Assembly (NCBI GenBank): GCA_025449515.1
Contig: JANWJI010000043.1
Coordinates: 1-33,703, forward strand
Reading direction: 5' to 3'
Length of the DNA stretch: 33,703 nucleotides
Origin: Nitrososphaeraceae archaeon
GTDB lineage: Archaea > Thermoproteota > Nitrososphaeria > Nitrososphaerales > Nitrososphaeraceae
Within the stretch, counting starts at the first letter, position 1, and the number at the start of each line of letters is the position of its first letter. Positions 1 to 9,956 of the stretch are shown here, piece after piece. Position numbers and translations under genes: made by a program. Below the pieces are notes generated by a model. It ran no database searches and was not told the origin of the DNA. It saw only the letters and a program-made list of their open reading frames with translations.

Positions 1-1339
1 ATGAGATGGCATTGCCATAGTAATATGGAGGTAAATATCTGCTCCCCACATGCCCATCTCTGCTCCCTGGTAGCCGCCAAATGCCCAACCGGCAAGACCA
101 GCCAGAAAGAATCGTGTAGTTATGTTCCAAGAGATCTGTGAGCGCCAAATAAACAGGAACGCTGTAAATATAGTTAATGCAGAAGGAAAAACAATACCCA
201 ATGATGCAGGTTGTGCCATTATTTGAAGCCAAACAGGATTTGGCATATCCAGAAATATGTGATGAGAAAAAACAAGGACCGAAAACATAAAATAGAACGG
301 CCAAGGACGGTAGTTCCATTTATTGTACTGTACGCGTTCTTTTCCATATCTCGGCGTTAGATAATACATCGCACCAAGGAAGATTAATAGTGGAAAGTAC
401 ACGATAGATGCCCAAAAACCACCACGCATTCTTTGTCAATAACCAATTTGTGGAATCAAGGGCAATTGTTGTGGAATTTTGCTGCAATGAAACTAGTCCT
501 TGCGTTAGCTGAAAAAAAAGCAGGGTTCCCTATTAATTGTATCATTGAAGTCACAAATGCTGCAACTAACACAATAGGTACCGCGGGGGTTGCGTCCCTC
601 AGTTTCTTTGTAAACCAGCTATTGATCCCTAGTAACGCCATCCATCTTAGAGTTGATGGAAGATATGTCATATGTGTATGATCTAGGTCTTGTTTGGGGT
701 AATCCTTCCCTTTTTTTTGCAGCTCTCTCTCCATGTCTAGATGCGAAGACCTGTGTTCCAACAGGTATTTTTCTTCTTAACAACGTAGTAATTATTATAA
801 TACAAAAAATCGTGATGGCTATTCCTACTAAAAGATCTGCAAATAGAAATATCTCGGCCGCAGTACCGTTCCAGGTTATACCCGGCTGACCCGGGAGGAA
901 GATAAGGCATAAGGTTATACCAACCAACGCCTAAGGACGACACTGGTGAGATGAAAATGAGTATTACACCTGCCTCCAAAACACCTAAAGAAATCTTGAC
1001 CCATTTCATACTTGACAACGGTTTTCTACCCCACTTACTTGTAGCGTAATAGCCAAACCACATCGTGTTCATTGACATAACGCCAAAGAACATTGCCTGC
1101 CCATGGGATGTTAGCAGAGCATAAAACAATACATCTTGCGGTGCAGAATGAATTTGGTTGGAAAGAGGAACACCAAGTTATATCACACGCATTCCGAGTG
1201 CACACACGCCTGCAATTAAGAAGTTTGTCAACATTACACCAATAAATAATATTACCAATTTCTTAAGATCAGGTGAGATATCGTATTGTGGTAGCTGCGG
1301 AGGTTCTTGGGGATATCGATCCTGATCCTTATTCAACAT
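1..1339 (-). pseudogene. coxA: Heme-copper oxidase subunit I (CoxA/CtaD-like), disrupted; 3' end runs off the window
   Basis: Reverse-strand translation gives hallmark HCO subunit I segments: LFYALLTSHGQAMFFGVM, VGWYNLMPYLPPG, NAWWFLGH / IVYFPLLIFLGAMYY, SHHIFLDMP, FPSALTIFTAF and FGGYQGAEMGMWGADIYLHITMAMPSH. These segments lie in different frames (ORFs 737..1129, 619..927, 456..761, a short third frame around 440..510, and an open frame 1..428). The frame starting at ATG 1339 carries an in-frame TAA at 1178..1180. Confidence 0.65.
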
Positions 1340-1367
1340 ATGTTTGACTCATCTCCAGGCATTTTGG

Positions 1368-1942
1368 GCTTTAGGTTGGTAAGTTGGAACTTGGACTTGA
1401 GGAGACTACTTTTATTTGTGAAGTCATATAGGGGTGCGCATATCCACAATACTCTAAACATCTTACCAGATATATTCCTGGATGCTTAAAGGTGAATAAG
1501 AATACGTTGTCAACTCCAGGAACGACTTGCATTTGAAACATTAGCTGAGATCCATCAGTTGGACCGGCGACAATTTGGCTATTCCAAAGTTATGTGCCAT
1601 TTGTCCTGCGTTAACTATCGTAATTTGAACTGTATCTCCTTTATTAAGAGAAATTGTTGGCCCACCTGTGGTACTATTAAAGCCAAATTCGTGTTGTATC
1701 GAAACTAATTTTTTATCAATCTTCAATTGTTGCAAGGTAGGATTCGAGGGAGCGAGATTCAACGGGACATGAAGAGCAACGAATAGTCTGCTTATTCGAT
1801 CTTTCAGTAAATGATTATAAGAACTTTCTGACATTAGTCCTGCACCTACTGTGAGTAAAGCAGAAAGCGACAGTATGATTCCTATAATGATTACGATCCG
1901 ACGACTCATGATATATGGTTTAGGTGGCTGTCCAACAGTCAT
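1368..1942 (-). pseudogene. coxB: Heme-copper oxidase subunit II (CoxB-like, CuA cupredoxin), frameshifted
   Basis: ORF 1541..1942 encodes one TM helix plus the first half of a cupredoxin domain (GDTVQITIVNAGQMAHNFGI) and stops at 1541..1543. The CuA half (MFQMQVVPGVDNVFLFTFKHPGIYLVRCLEYCGYAHPYM, pattern C-x-E-x-C-G-x2-H-x2-M) continues only in another frame, about 1368..1541. It lies directly upstream of, and on the same strand as, the subunit I remnant. Confidence 0.65.
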
Positions 1943-2597
1943 AGCTTAACTTTGAATCATGAATATTTCATTATTAAAAGATGTGTCTTCTATTTCGGAA
2001 TTTTGCCGTCAGCCAAGTCATGAACTTTAAGTCTTACAAATCATATTGTTCAACAAACCCGGGTGATTTATCAATTGAATTGGGCAACTTTCCTCTTAAT
2101 TCAATAAGTGATGTCGAGCACAGATGGGTTCAGGAATGGAAATATAGATATTCAATTACCAAACTTAAGATATAGATTCGAATTCCCTGTTCACTTATCT
2201 GCTAGTTCTCATGAATTAATCTCGATCTATCTGAGGTATCTTGTCACTTCATGTGATTAGAGTTCAGAAAATACTTAAGTCTCTATAGTGCACGACGTGA
2301 GTTCAAAATTGAGATACTGAGGCTTGAAATCCATGAGTACAAATCAGGATCACATATCAGGATAAGTGCCTTAATAGTCCTTGTGAAAAATTTGCTGAGA
2401 AAAATAAAGCAGTAGGCGGGATATTCTCATGGTCCATATTCACATCATCCAGAAAGAAATTCCTTTTACACAAATTTTGCTTTCAGTGTTGTCTACAGAG
2501 TACATCTATCAACTGCAAGTGAATCATACCCCGTATAAATAAGCAATTCAGGGTGATGTGCATCATCTATCGCTTCCCTTCAGGACGCAGATCTACG

Positions 2598-2879
2598 TTA
2601 ACTCTTCAAGTGATACTTCTCAATTGGCACGGTACCTTCTTTATACGTGATGGTTATTATGTCACCCACTTTATAATGACAATTCGAAATTGAGCGTGGT
2701 TCACGGTCTGATGACTCAACTATACATGTCCCTTGATCATCCTTAATTACAACTCTGGCATTATCAGTAACTTCCCTTCTGAATAGATCCTTCAACGGAA
2801 ACCCAAATAGGAATTGAACGCCGAAAACCGCCCCTATAATAACTAAGATAGCAAGGGCAGCCATTTTCTTGCCAGACAT
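2598..2879 (-). CDS. Small signal-anchored hypothetical protein (about 93 aa from the internal ATG)
   Basis: The ORF track gives 2598..3074. The internal start MSGKKMAALAILVIIGAVFGVQFLFGF provides a typical N-terminal TM anchor followed by a beta-rich soluble part. The upstream 65 aa look non-protein-like. No family was recognised. Confidence 0.4.
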   Translation of the reverse strand: MSGKKMAALAILVIIGAVFGVQFLFGFPLKDLFRREVTDNARVVIKDDQGTCIVESSDREPRSISNCHYKVGDIITITYKEGTVPIEKYHLKS

Positions 2880-3593
2880 TTTGGAGAAAGGAGACGAGCC
2901 CGTGTCAGAATCAGAATCGAAATCGTATCCCACTAATGATGCACGGCATTTAATATGTTGCATGCAATTTAAAAATATATCAGTGCAAGGCCTTGTTCTA
3001 AATAAATTTAGAGAAATGTTTGGGGTTTGATTTACAGCAGGACACCTGACCTTGAACAAAGAAATACATTCCACGTATTGAGTTCAATGCCATAACTTCA
3101 ATCTTATGATATGCCAATACAGAAATCCTCTTTGACCTTTTAAATAAGTAGAGCAATGAGTGTTAATACTAATTCTATACCATAGGCACTGGCATATGCC
3201 AGAGTTTATACTTGTCTAGTATGGCAGAATGTTCTAGGTCGAATTGTTACACTTAAGTTGACAAGTATTACCACGAAGTTACAATCATTTACTATCCATC
3301 TGCCAAAATGCAAGTTGGAATCCTTCACGTGAATTCCGAATCGCTCGTGATTTCATGATAATATCTTTATCTCCATAGAGTAGATTATGTTTCCAATGTA
3401 CTATCATTCTAATGAAATTGTCATAGTTAGTAGATAGAATTACTTGATCGGCTGCTCTAAAGCCAACACCATAAATTTATCCTAAAATTGATTATGATTA
3501 TTTACTTTAGTGGTTCCTTCTTTCAATTGAATTCATACAATAGTCAAAGTTAAGAGCATGGTCCCAATAAACTCTAGTATTTAGATATAGATC

Positions 3594-4214
3594 ATGGCCA
3601 ATAGACGAATAGACGAAAACAGGAAGTCTCTCGAAGAATACGGAACAAGGGTAAAATCGCTTAAGAAAATGGCCGCGACAGGTATTATATTAATCTTGAC
3701 TGTGGGAGCTCTCACCCTTTTCTTAGAAGGCCTAGTTCCTGAAGCTTATCTGAGATACGTAAAGATTGTAGAGGTGGGTATTATCGGATATTTCTTCATA
3801 CAGGTTGTAAGTGAAGCAATTTATAGGGTAACCCGTGATTACTTTCAAACAAACGCAAATGCCATAAAGTCTTTCGTGAGAATCACTACTGCGATCATAT
3901 TTGCAGCCATTATCCTCTCATATCTTAGCGATGATCCGTTCTTGGCGGCGTCTATCACTACTGTAGCAGGCTTGATGCTTGCCTTTGCCTCGCAGACAGT
4001 TATGGGTAATATGATAGCAGGGTTATATCTATCACTTACACGACCATTCAAGATCGGGGATAGAATAACAGTCTTTGGAAATACTGGGACTATCTATGAA
4101 ATAGGACTGCTATATACCCGATTGATATCTGAGCAGGGAGATACCATTTTGGCACCAAGTTCTGCACTAGTAAATTCAGCCATAGTATTGCATCATGGTC
4201 AAGATATGACTTGA
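3594..4214 (+). CDS. MscS-family small-conductance mechanosensitive channel, short form
   Basis: The 206-aa product has N-terminal TM helices followed by the MscS pore-helix/beta-domain signature LAFASQTVMGNMIAGLYLSLTRPFKIGDRITVFGNTGTIYEIGLLYTRL. The protein ends soon after, so the usual C-terminal alpha/beta vestibule domain appears absent. Confidence 0.7.
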   Translation: MANRRIDENRKSLEEYGTRVKSLKKMAATGIILILTVGALTLFLEGLVPEAYLRYVKIVEVGIIGYFFIQVVSEAIYRVTRDYFQTNANAIKSFVRITTAIIFAAIILSYLSDDPFLAASITTVAGLMLAFASQTVMGNMIAGLYLSLTRPFKIGDRITVFGNTGTIYEIGLLYTRLISEQGDTILAPSSALVNSAIVLHHGQDMT

Positions 4215-4366
4215 GTAAGGAACCCATTTTTGTTGTTGTATTTGCCGCAAGATTGTCTTACTTCATAATAATCACTAAATATTGATTATTAGTATGATAT
4301 GCGTTACGTATATAGCACGTATAATTGATAATATTATTTAATGTCAATAGAGAGGAGAGATAACAC

Positions 4367-4963
4367 TTGAGTGCTTCTATAAATATATCATTCGCTATAA
4401 TCACTGTTGCTTCATTACTTGTCGCGACTTTGGGAGTAGTTGTAATTAATTCAAATAAGGATATGATGATCTTTGCGCAGCCTGGTTACCCCTCCGAGGC
4501 AGGTAAATACAAGTTTGGCGCTATCTCAAGCGTTCAGCTTGATAAGACTGGCAAACCAGAATGGATTCTTGCCGGTCACTGGAAATCAAATTTATTGAAT
4601 GCAATATCGAACTCCACAGTTAGCCATGGCAACTTATCATTTACTCCCATATTTGATGCATCAATTAGAATGGTGATGGTAAACGGTTCTGGGTTGCATT
4701 CCCACACAATCACAAACTTCAACCTATCAAAAATATCTCTACCGAACAATAATACGAAGCAATTCAACGGCACAGTCACTGCAAGCATGAGAAATGGTCC
4801 GATTACGGATATACCTGTGAGCATAAAGTTCCTTGGAAATGATGTTATAAGCTTGTGGCTCGACCCGATGAAGATCAAGAACCATTATGGAAGTACTCCA
4901 ATTTTCGGTTTCGAGCTTAACCCTAGCAATAGGCCAATGCCCCCACAAGGAAGCGCTCACTAA
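4367..4963 (+). CDS. Membrane-anchored or secreted hypothetical protein with many N-x-S/T sequons
   Basis: This is a 198-aa ORF with a TTG start. It has an N-terminal hydrophobic anchor (ISFAIITVASLLVATLGVVVI) and several N-glycosylation-type sequons (NST, NLS, NGS, NNT, NGT). No recognised domain. Confidence 0.5.
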   Translation: MSASINISFAIITVASLLVATLGVVVINSNKDMMIFAQPGYPSEAGKYKFGAISSVQLDKTGKPEWILAGHWKSNLLNAISNSTVSHGNLSFTPIFDASIRMVMVNGSGLHSHTITNFNLSKISLPNNNTKQFNGTVTASMRNGPITDIPVSIKFLGNDVISLWLDPMKIKNHYGSTPIFGFELNPSNRPMPPQGSAH

Positions 4964-5303
4964 ACCTCCTAAGTAGATCATTCCTATCTCTTTCCATCAT
5001 TATTTCTATCACAACACAAGAACACAAGCAGATAGGAAGGTGGATTCACAAATTCGAATTTAGCTACTGGTCTCTCCAGGCAAAATTTCAACAATACACC
5101 AGATCTTTCAACTGTTCAAACCCTATCGATATACCGATCATATCATAAATTCCAAGCCCGAACTAGCCTAATTCATTACCTAATAGATCCAGGAATTAGT
5201 CGTATAGAGCGAATCAACGCATTTTATTTGAATTAAGGCAAGAGTAGATCACTCCTCCATATTATTCTGAACATTTGACTTTACCGATACCTATAGTTAA
5301 TTT

Positions 5304-5311
5304 TTTATATA
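5304..5311 (+). promoter_or_regulatory. Putative archaeal TATA box for the NHL-repeat gene (leaderless-type spacing)
   Basis: TTTATATA is centred about 26 nt upstream of the ATG at 5334, the spacing expected if transcription starts at or near the start codon. Confidence 0.4.
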
Positions 5312-5333
5312 CGGAAGAGTCCAATCCTAATTC

Positions 5334-6332
5334 ATGCTAGAGCAAGAGAAAAACCCTCGCATTAGCGGTTTTTGCATCTATTTTTGCGGTTCAATTCTAA
5401 TTAGCTTGTTTGCAATGAGCACTATCACTACTCACCAGGCATATTCAGTTGGATCAGAACAGTACTCCTTCGTTGGAAAATGGGGATCAAAAGGTGTAGG
5501 TCACGGCATGTTTTCGCAAGCGTCTGGCATAACTACGGATTCTAATGGAAATGTGTATGTAGGAGATCTCACAGGAGTCAGCGGCAAGATACAAAAATTC
5601 ACTAGCAACGGCACATTCATTACTTCTTGGGGAAATCTAGGGTTTGGTCCCGGAGCATTTACGAATCCGACCCAGCTTTCTGCAGATTCTAATGACAACA
5701 TATACGTCGCTGATTTAGGGAACGCCGAGACAGCTGTTCAGAAATTCACTAGCAACGGCACATTCATCACTTCTTGGGGTTCAACAGGATTATCTGATGG
5801 ACAGTTTATAAATCCGAGTGGAATTGGCGTTGATTCCAAAGGCTATGTCTATGTAGCTGATTATGGAGAGAATAATCGTATTCAAAAGTTTGATAGTAAT
5901 GGAAACTTCATAACAAAATGGGGATCTACTGGTACTGGTGACGGACAGTTTATAAATCCTGCAGATGTTGCCATAGATAAAGTAAACAATGTATACGTAG
6001 TAGATAGAGGCAATGATCGTGTCCAAAAGTTTGATAGCAATGGAAACTTCATAACAAAATGGGGATCTACTGGTACTGGTGACGGACAATTCCAAAGTCC
6101 CATAGGAATTAGTGCAGATCAGTCTGGGAATATTTATGTGGTTGATTTTGGTAATGATCGTGTCCAAAAGTTTGATAGCAATGGAAACTTCATAACAAAA
6201 TGGGGATCTACTGGTACTGGTGACGGACAATTCCAAAGTCCCATAGGAATCACAGTCAATTCCAAGGGGATTGTATATGTTGTCGACGGAGGAAACGGCA
6301 GAGTCCAATTTTTCTCTCTCGCCCCTAAATAG
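5334..6332 (+). CDS. Secreted or anchored six-bladed NHL-repeat beta-propeller protein
   Basis: An N-terminal hydrophobic segment is followed by six roughly 47-aa repeats of the NHL type (F-I-T-x-W-G-S-x-G-x-G-D-G-Q-F-x-x-P-x-G-I-x-V-D-x-x-G-N-I-Y-V-x-D-x-G-N-x-R-V-Q-K-F). Confidence 0.85.
   Translation: MLEQEKNPRISGFCIYFCGSILISLFAMSTITTHQAYSVGSEQYSFVGKWGSKGVGHGMFSQASGITTDSNGNVYVGDLTGVSGKIQKFTSNGTFITSWGNLGFGPGAFTNPTQLSADSNDNIYVADLGNAETAVQKFTSNGTFITSWGSTGLSDGQFINPSGIGVDSKGYVYVADYGENNRIQKFDSNGNFITKWGSTGTGDGQFINPADVAIDKVNNVYVVDRGNDRVQKFDSNGNFITKWGSTGTGDGQFQSPIGISADQSGNIYVVDFGNDRVQKFDSNGNFITKWGSTGTGDGQFQSPIGITVNSKGIVYVVDGGNGRVQFFSLAPK
5871..6293. repeat. Intragenic tandem repeat, 3 x 141 nt (NHL blades 4-6)
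   Basis: Units start at 5871, 6012 and 6153. Segments 6012..6109 and 6153..6250 appear identical over about 98 nt, and the first unit is slightly diverged. An older 147-nt duplication is visible at about 5593 and 5740. Confidence 0.85.
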
Positions 6333-6583
6333 GTTCAACAGAATTAATGACAGGATTTCATTTTACTCAGTCTAATGGTCTGTGAAATTTTATACTTAAC
6401 ATACCGTCACAAGAAATGTGCTTTCTAGTCGTATATTTTTTTGTCACGCCCTACTGACTGACTAATACTGGAATATGAAATGATTACATAGTTAAACGCA
6501 GTCACATGAACGTCTCACGAAATAAAAAACAGATTTTGAGATGCATTTAATAATAAAGGTCTGAATTAAATAATGAGCAAGAT

Positions 6584-7918
6584 ATGCTGAGAAGACTATC
6601 ATTTTCATTCCTGTTAATTAGTGTTATCCTTTTGTGGTGTATAGGTTCAAACTTCACCCTTCGCATGAACTATCAATCGATACATGCCCAGGGGAATATT
6701 TTGAATACTACTAGCGATGTGCCCTCAAGAGTAATGGAAATACCAGGTTCTTTGTTTGCGCACAATCCGGGAACACCTATCCTAAAGGACTTGCACTTGA
6801 AAGCAGATATGGTCGTTAGCGGATTGAGCCTTCCTACTACGATGGCCTTCGTAGGAAATAATGACATCTTGGTATTAGAAAAGGCCAAAGGTACTGTGGA
6901 GAGGATCCTAAACGGCAAGGTATTGAGTAAACCTCTTCTAAATGTAAATGTGGAATCGCAGGTAGAAAGAGGGATGCTTGGAATTGCCGTTGCAAATAAT
7001 AGGAACGGTCCTATGTATGTTTTCTTGTACTTTACTGAAAAGACAAATCCATCAATTAGTCATACTGATGGTAGTACATCTGTTGCTAATCGTGTATACA
7101 GATACGAGTATGTTGATGGGAGACTTATTAATCCGAAGATTATTTTGGATCTACCCGCCACTCCAGGACCAAGACACAATGCGGGCTCTATAGTAATTGG
7201 TCCAGATAATAATTTGTACGTCCCGATCGGAGATGTAGATGGTCATAGTAGTCAAGCACAGAACGTAGCTGATGGAGGACCAGCTGATGGCACAGGTGGA
7301 ATACTTAGAATCACTCAAGATGGCAAGCCTGTAGGTAACGGCATACTTGGAACAACTAGTCCTGTAAACAAGTATTATGCCTATGGGATACGAAATACCT
7401 TTGGTTTAGGTTTTGACCCTTTGACTAAAAATTTGTGGGACACAGAAAATGGCGCAGGATCAAACGATGAAATTAATATAGTGCAACCAGGATTTAATAG
7501 TGGTTGGGTGCAAGTCCAGGGAAAGGCGCCTCCGGATTTCGATTACTCTCAGTTATTTACCTTTGATGGTAAGGGCATATATCATGATCCTGAATTTTCT
7601 TGGCATGATACAACTGGTCCTACCAAGATACTTTTCCTTAACTCTTCAAAACTAGGGAAAAATTACGAGAATGATGTTTTCGTGTCGGATATTCACCATG
7701 GAAGAATATTTCATTTTAAGATGAACGCAAATAGAACAAGTCTAGCATTACAAGGCCCGCTCGTTGATCGAGTAGCTGACACAGGTAACGAAACAAACGG
7801 ATTGATATTTGGATCTAATTTTGGTGGCATATCAGATATGGAAGTTGGTCCGGATGGTTACCTGTACGTAGTTTCACTTGGCCGAGGGACAATATATAAA
7901 ATAATTCCTACCCTGTAG
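6584..7918 (+). CDS. PQQ-dependent sugar (glucose/sorbosone) dehydrogenase-family beta-propeller, secreted
   Basis: The 444-aa product has an N-terminal signal/TM segment. GSDH-family motifs are present: GLSLPTTMAFVGNNDILVLEKAKGTV, ERGMLGIAV, GPRHNAGSIVIGPDNNLYVPIGD, YAYGIRNTFGLGFDPLTKNLWDTENGAGSNDEINIVQPGFNSGW. Confidence 0.8.
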   Translation: MLRRLSFSFLLISVILLWCIGSNFTLRMNYQSIHAQGNILNTTSDVPSRVMEIPGSLFAHNPGTPILKDLHLKADMVVSGLSLPTTMAFVGNNDILVLEKAKGTVERILNGKVLSKPLLNVNVESQVERGMLGIAVANNRNGPMYVFLYFTEKTNPSISHTDGSTSVANRVYRYEYVDGRLINPKIILDLPATPGPRHNAGSIVIGPDNNLYVPIGDVDGHSSQAQNVADGGPADGTGGILRITQDGKPVGNGILGTTSPVNKYYAYGIRNTFGLGFDPLTKNLWDTENGAGSNDEINIVQPGFNSGWVQVQGKAPPDFDYSQLFTFDGKGIYHDPEFSWHDTTGPTKILFLNSSKLGKNYENDVFVSDIHHGRIFHFKMNANRTSLALQGPLVDRVADTGNETNGLIFGSNFGGISDMEVGPDGYLYVVSLGRGTIYKIIPTL

Positions 7919-8825
7919 CTCATAAGATAAGCAGTAGAAGTGCGCTTCCTCCCTTCCTCTCCCCTTCAGAACCAATAATTGCAATTTTTAGATAATTATC
8001 TACCATACATTGCAAGTCTTATTCCGAATTAATTGTATTCAGAATAAAGGTACATCAGATTCTGAATTTCACTTCCACCTGATTAGCCACGCGGTGTCGT
8101 TTCCCTGTTCCACATCATATAACACTATCTGGCGGCTAATTTGGGCATCGATTTAGATCGAATCATCCTCGGAATTACTGAAGATATAATCAACAGATTA
8201 GGATTCGTTAACGATGGTAATGATCAGGACGTTTGTTCACTATTATTATATATTCATATCCACATCAGCTACAGTACGTCGCAATATTGCATCCAGACTG
8301 TTCTTTGTTACCATAAGGGAAGGCCATCTAAGGGTATCCTATACGACGCTAGAGAATAAGCCAACAACTCTTCCAAGATGTAGAATATGTCTTGAGTCAT
8401 TTAGTAAAAGGACACGTTTCAAATTGCACATGGTCACCATCAAATGGCTGTATAGCTATTTGCGAAGTTCTATATCTGATATTTAAGGCCATTAAAACAT
8501 ATCTAGCACAAGTCATGAGATTTAGGCATTATGCTGGAAATCTATTGATTAATTATTTGTAAGTTGGTCATAATTATACTTATAAGTTTTGATGCCTAGG
8601 ATCTAATGCTGCGTGACGCAGCGCCACTCAGAGCACGTATCACAAAGTCAATGCAGTCTTGGACGCCCCCCTTGACATTTATCTAGGATAAGTTTTACTT
8701 GTCAGTCGTAGAGACAGGGCTTGAACGGCATAATCTAGCTATTATAAAATACCTGACTGGATTTCGGACTACATAACCGTAGTAGATTTATAGATGAGCA
8801 ACATTACGACAATTATAGAGAAAAA

Positions 8826-9635
8826 TTGTGGACGCCTAATTCCGTTAATCCTCATCATAGAAGAATTTCTGAAAACACTGGTCGCGCCAAAGCTAAATAC
8901 GCTATAGCAGGCTTGGTTGCAATCCTAATTATTCAGATGTTACCTGGAGCACCTTCGATGCGACCATCCCAATTCTTTACGGCAACTAGTCAATCATCTT
9001 TGTATTCGATAGTTACACCTGTTCTCGCACAAAGGGTGGCGACAAATAGTACGTGTAATTGTACATTAGATACCACTACTTATGGTCATTTGTCTGAGAA
9101 TGTCTCTGGTATTACTATCCCCAAGGTGAGGATTGTACAAAATCAATCTTTGCAAAGCCAAACTGAAGGCCATCTCACGTGGAAGGCAATAAAGCCTATG
9201 CAGTTGATGGGAATTCTTACTAATGGTTTCTTTCTAGGAAATTTTTCCAGCGGTACTGCCTCCACGGTTGCACTAAACTCATTGAATGTCAAACCAAATG
9301 ATTCAATAGGCATTCAGATAGGTGGAGGAACTATCCCTACAACTGCAAAAGCAGAACTATTGAAGGCTGATATAGATGTGAACGGCACGCTTGCCCAAAT
9401 TAAAACTGTTGGTAAACCTATATCTACCTTGGATGTAAATCATGGTAAGAATATGAAGATGGCGTTGGCAAAGAATAAACTTCTCGCAGGACTTGATCCT
9501 CATCCAAATAACTATCTATTACTCATGTCTTTAACGTATGACGATGGTGTCAAATCAGCCGGCTCATCACCTATTAAAGGATTGAACAAAAATCACATTG
9601 TGGCAATGTATGAGACAGTATTGCAAGCGGGCTAG
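8826..9635 (+). CDS. Membrane-anchored extracellular hypothetical protein
   Basis: This is a 269-aa ORF with a TTG start. It has a TM anchor (YAIAGLVAILIIQMLPGA) followed by a Ser/Thr/Asn-rich soluble region. No family was recognised. Confidence 0.45.
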   Translation: MWTPNSVNPHHRRISENTGRAKAKYAIAGLVAILIIQMLPGAPSMRPSQFFTATSQSSLYSIVTPVLAQRVATNSTCNCTLDTTTYGHLSENVSGITIPKVRIVQNQSLQSQTEGHLTWKAIKPMQLMGILTNGFFLGNFSSGTASTVALNSLNVKPNDSIGIQIGGGTIPTTAKAELLKADIDVNGTLAQIKTVGKPISTLDVNHGKNMKMALAKNKLLAGLDPHPNNYLLLMSLTYDDGVKSAGSSPIKGLNKNHIVAMYETVLQAG

Positions 9636-9956
9636 AACAGTACCGTGCTCGTTCAAGGATTAGGATAATAGCCAAATAGTATGATATCCATAAGATATTC
9701 CGAAGACTTTCGATAGCTCTTACTAAAAATTATTTCAACGAGATACTCGATTTTGAGTGAATAATTGGAAGCAATATTCAGATATCTTGATCACGGATCC
9801 ATAGGTGTTGGAAACTATGATCAAGTAGTTGCGACTAGAATAAAAAACTAGGATCATCAAATGAACTTAATTCTCTGATTATGGTCAAGTATTTTTGAAA
9901 CAGGTATTAATTCTACAAATTTATATGTATTTCCGAACCTATCCCTATAGATTATA

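Noticed and set aside
5501-6338. Minus-strand ORFs 5790..6338 (182 aa), 5882..6103 and 5501..5701 inside the NHL gene
   Set aside because: They are antisense to a strongly supported NHL-repeat CDS. Their internal repetition (SVTSTSRSPFCYEVSI x3) only mirrors the sense-strand tandem repeats.
8141-8486. ORFs 8141..8359 and 8214..8486, the latter with a C2H2-like CRICLESFSKRTRFKLH
   Set aside because: They overlap in different frames and have low-complexity composition, and the finger lacks the second His. They may be degenerate remnants but are not supportable as genes.
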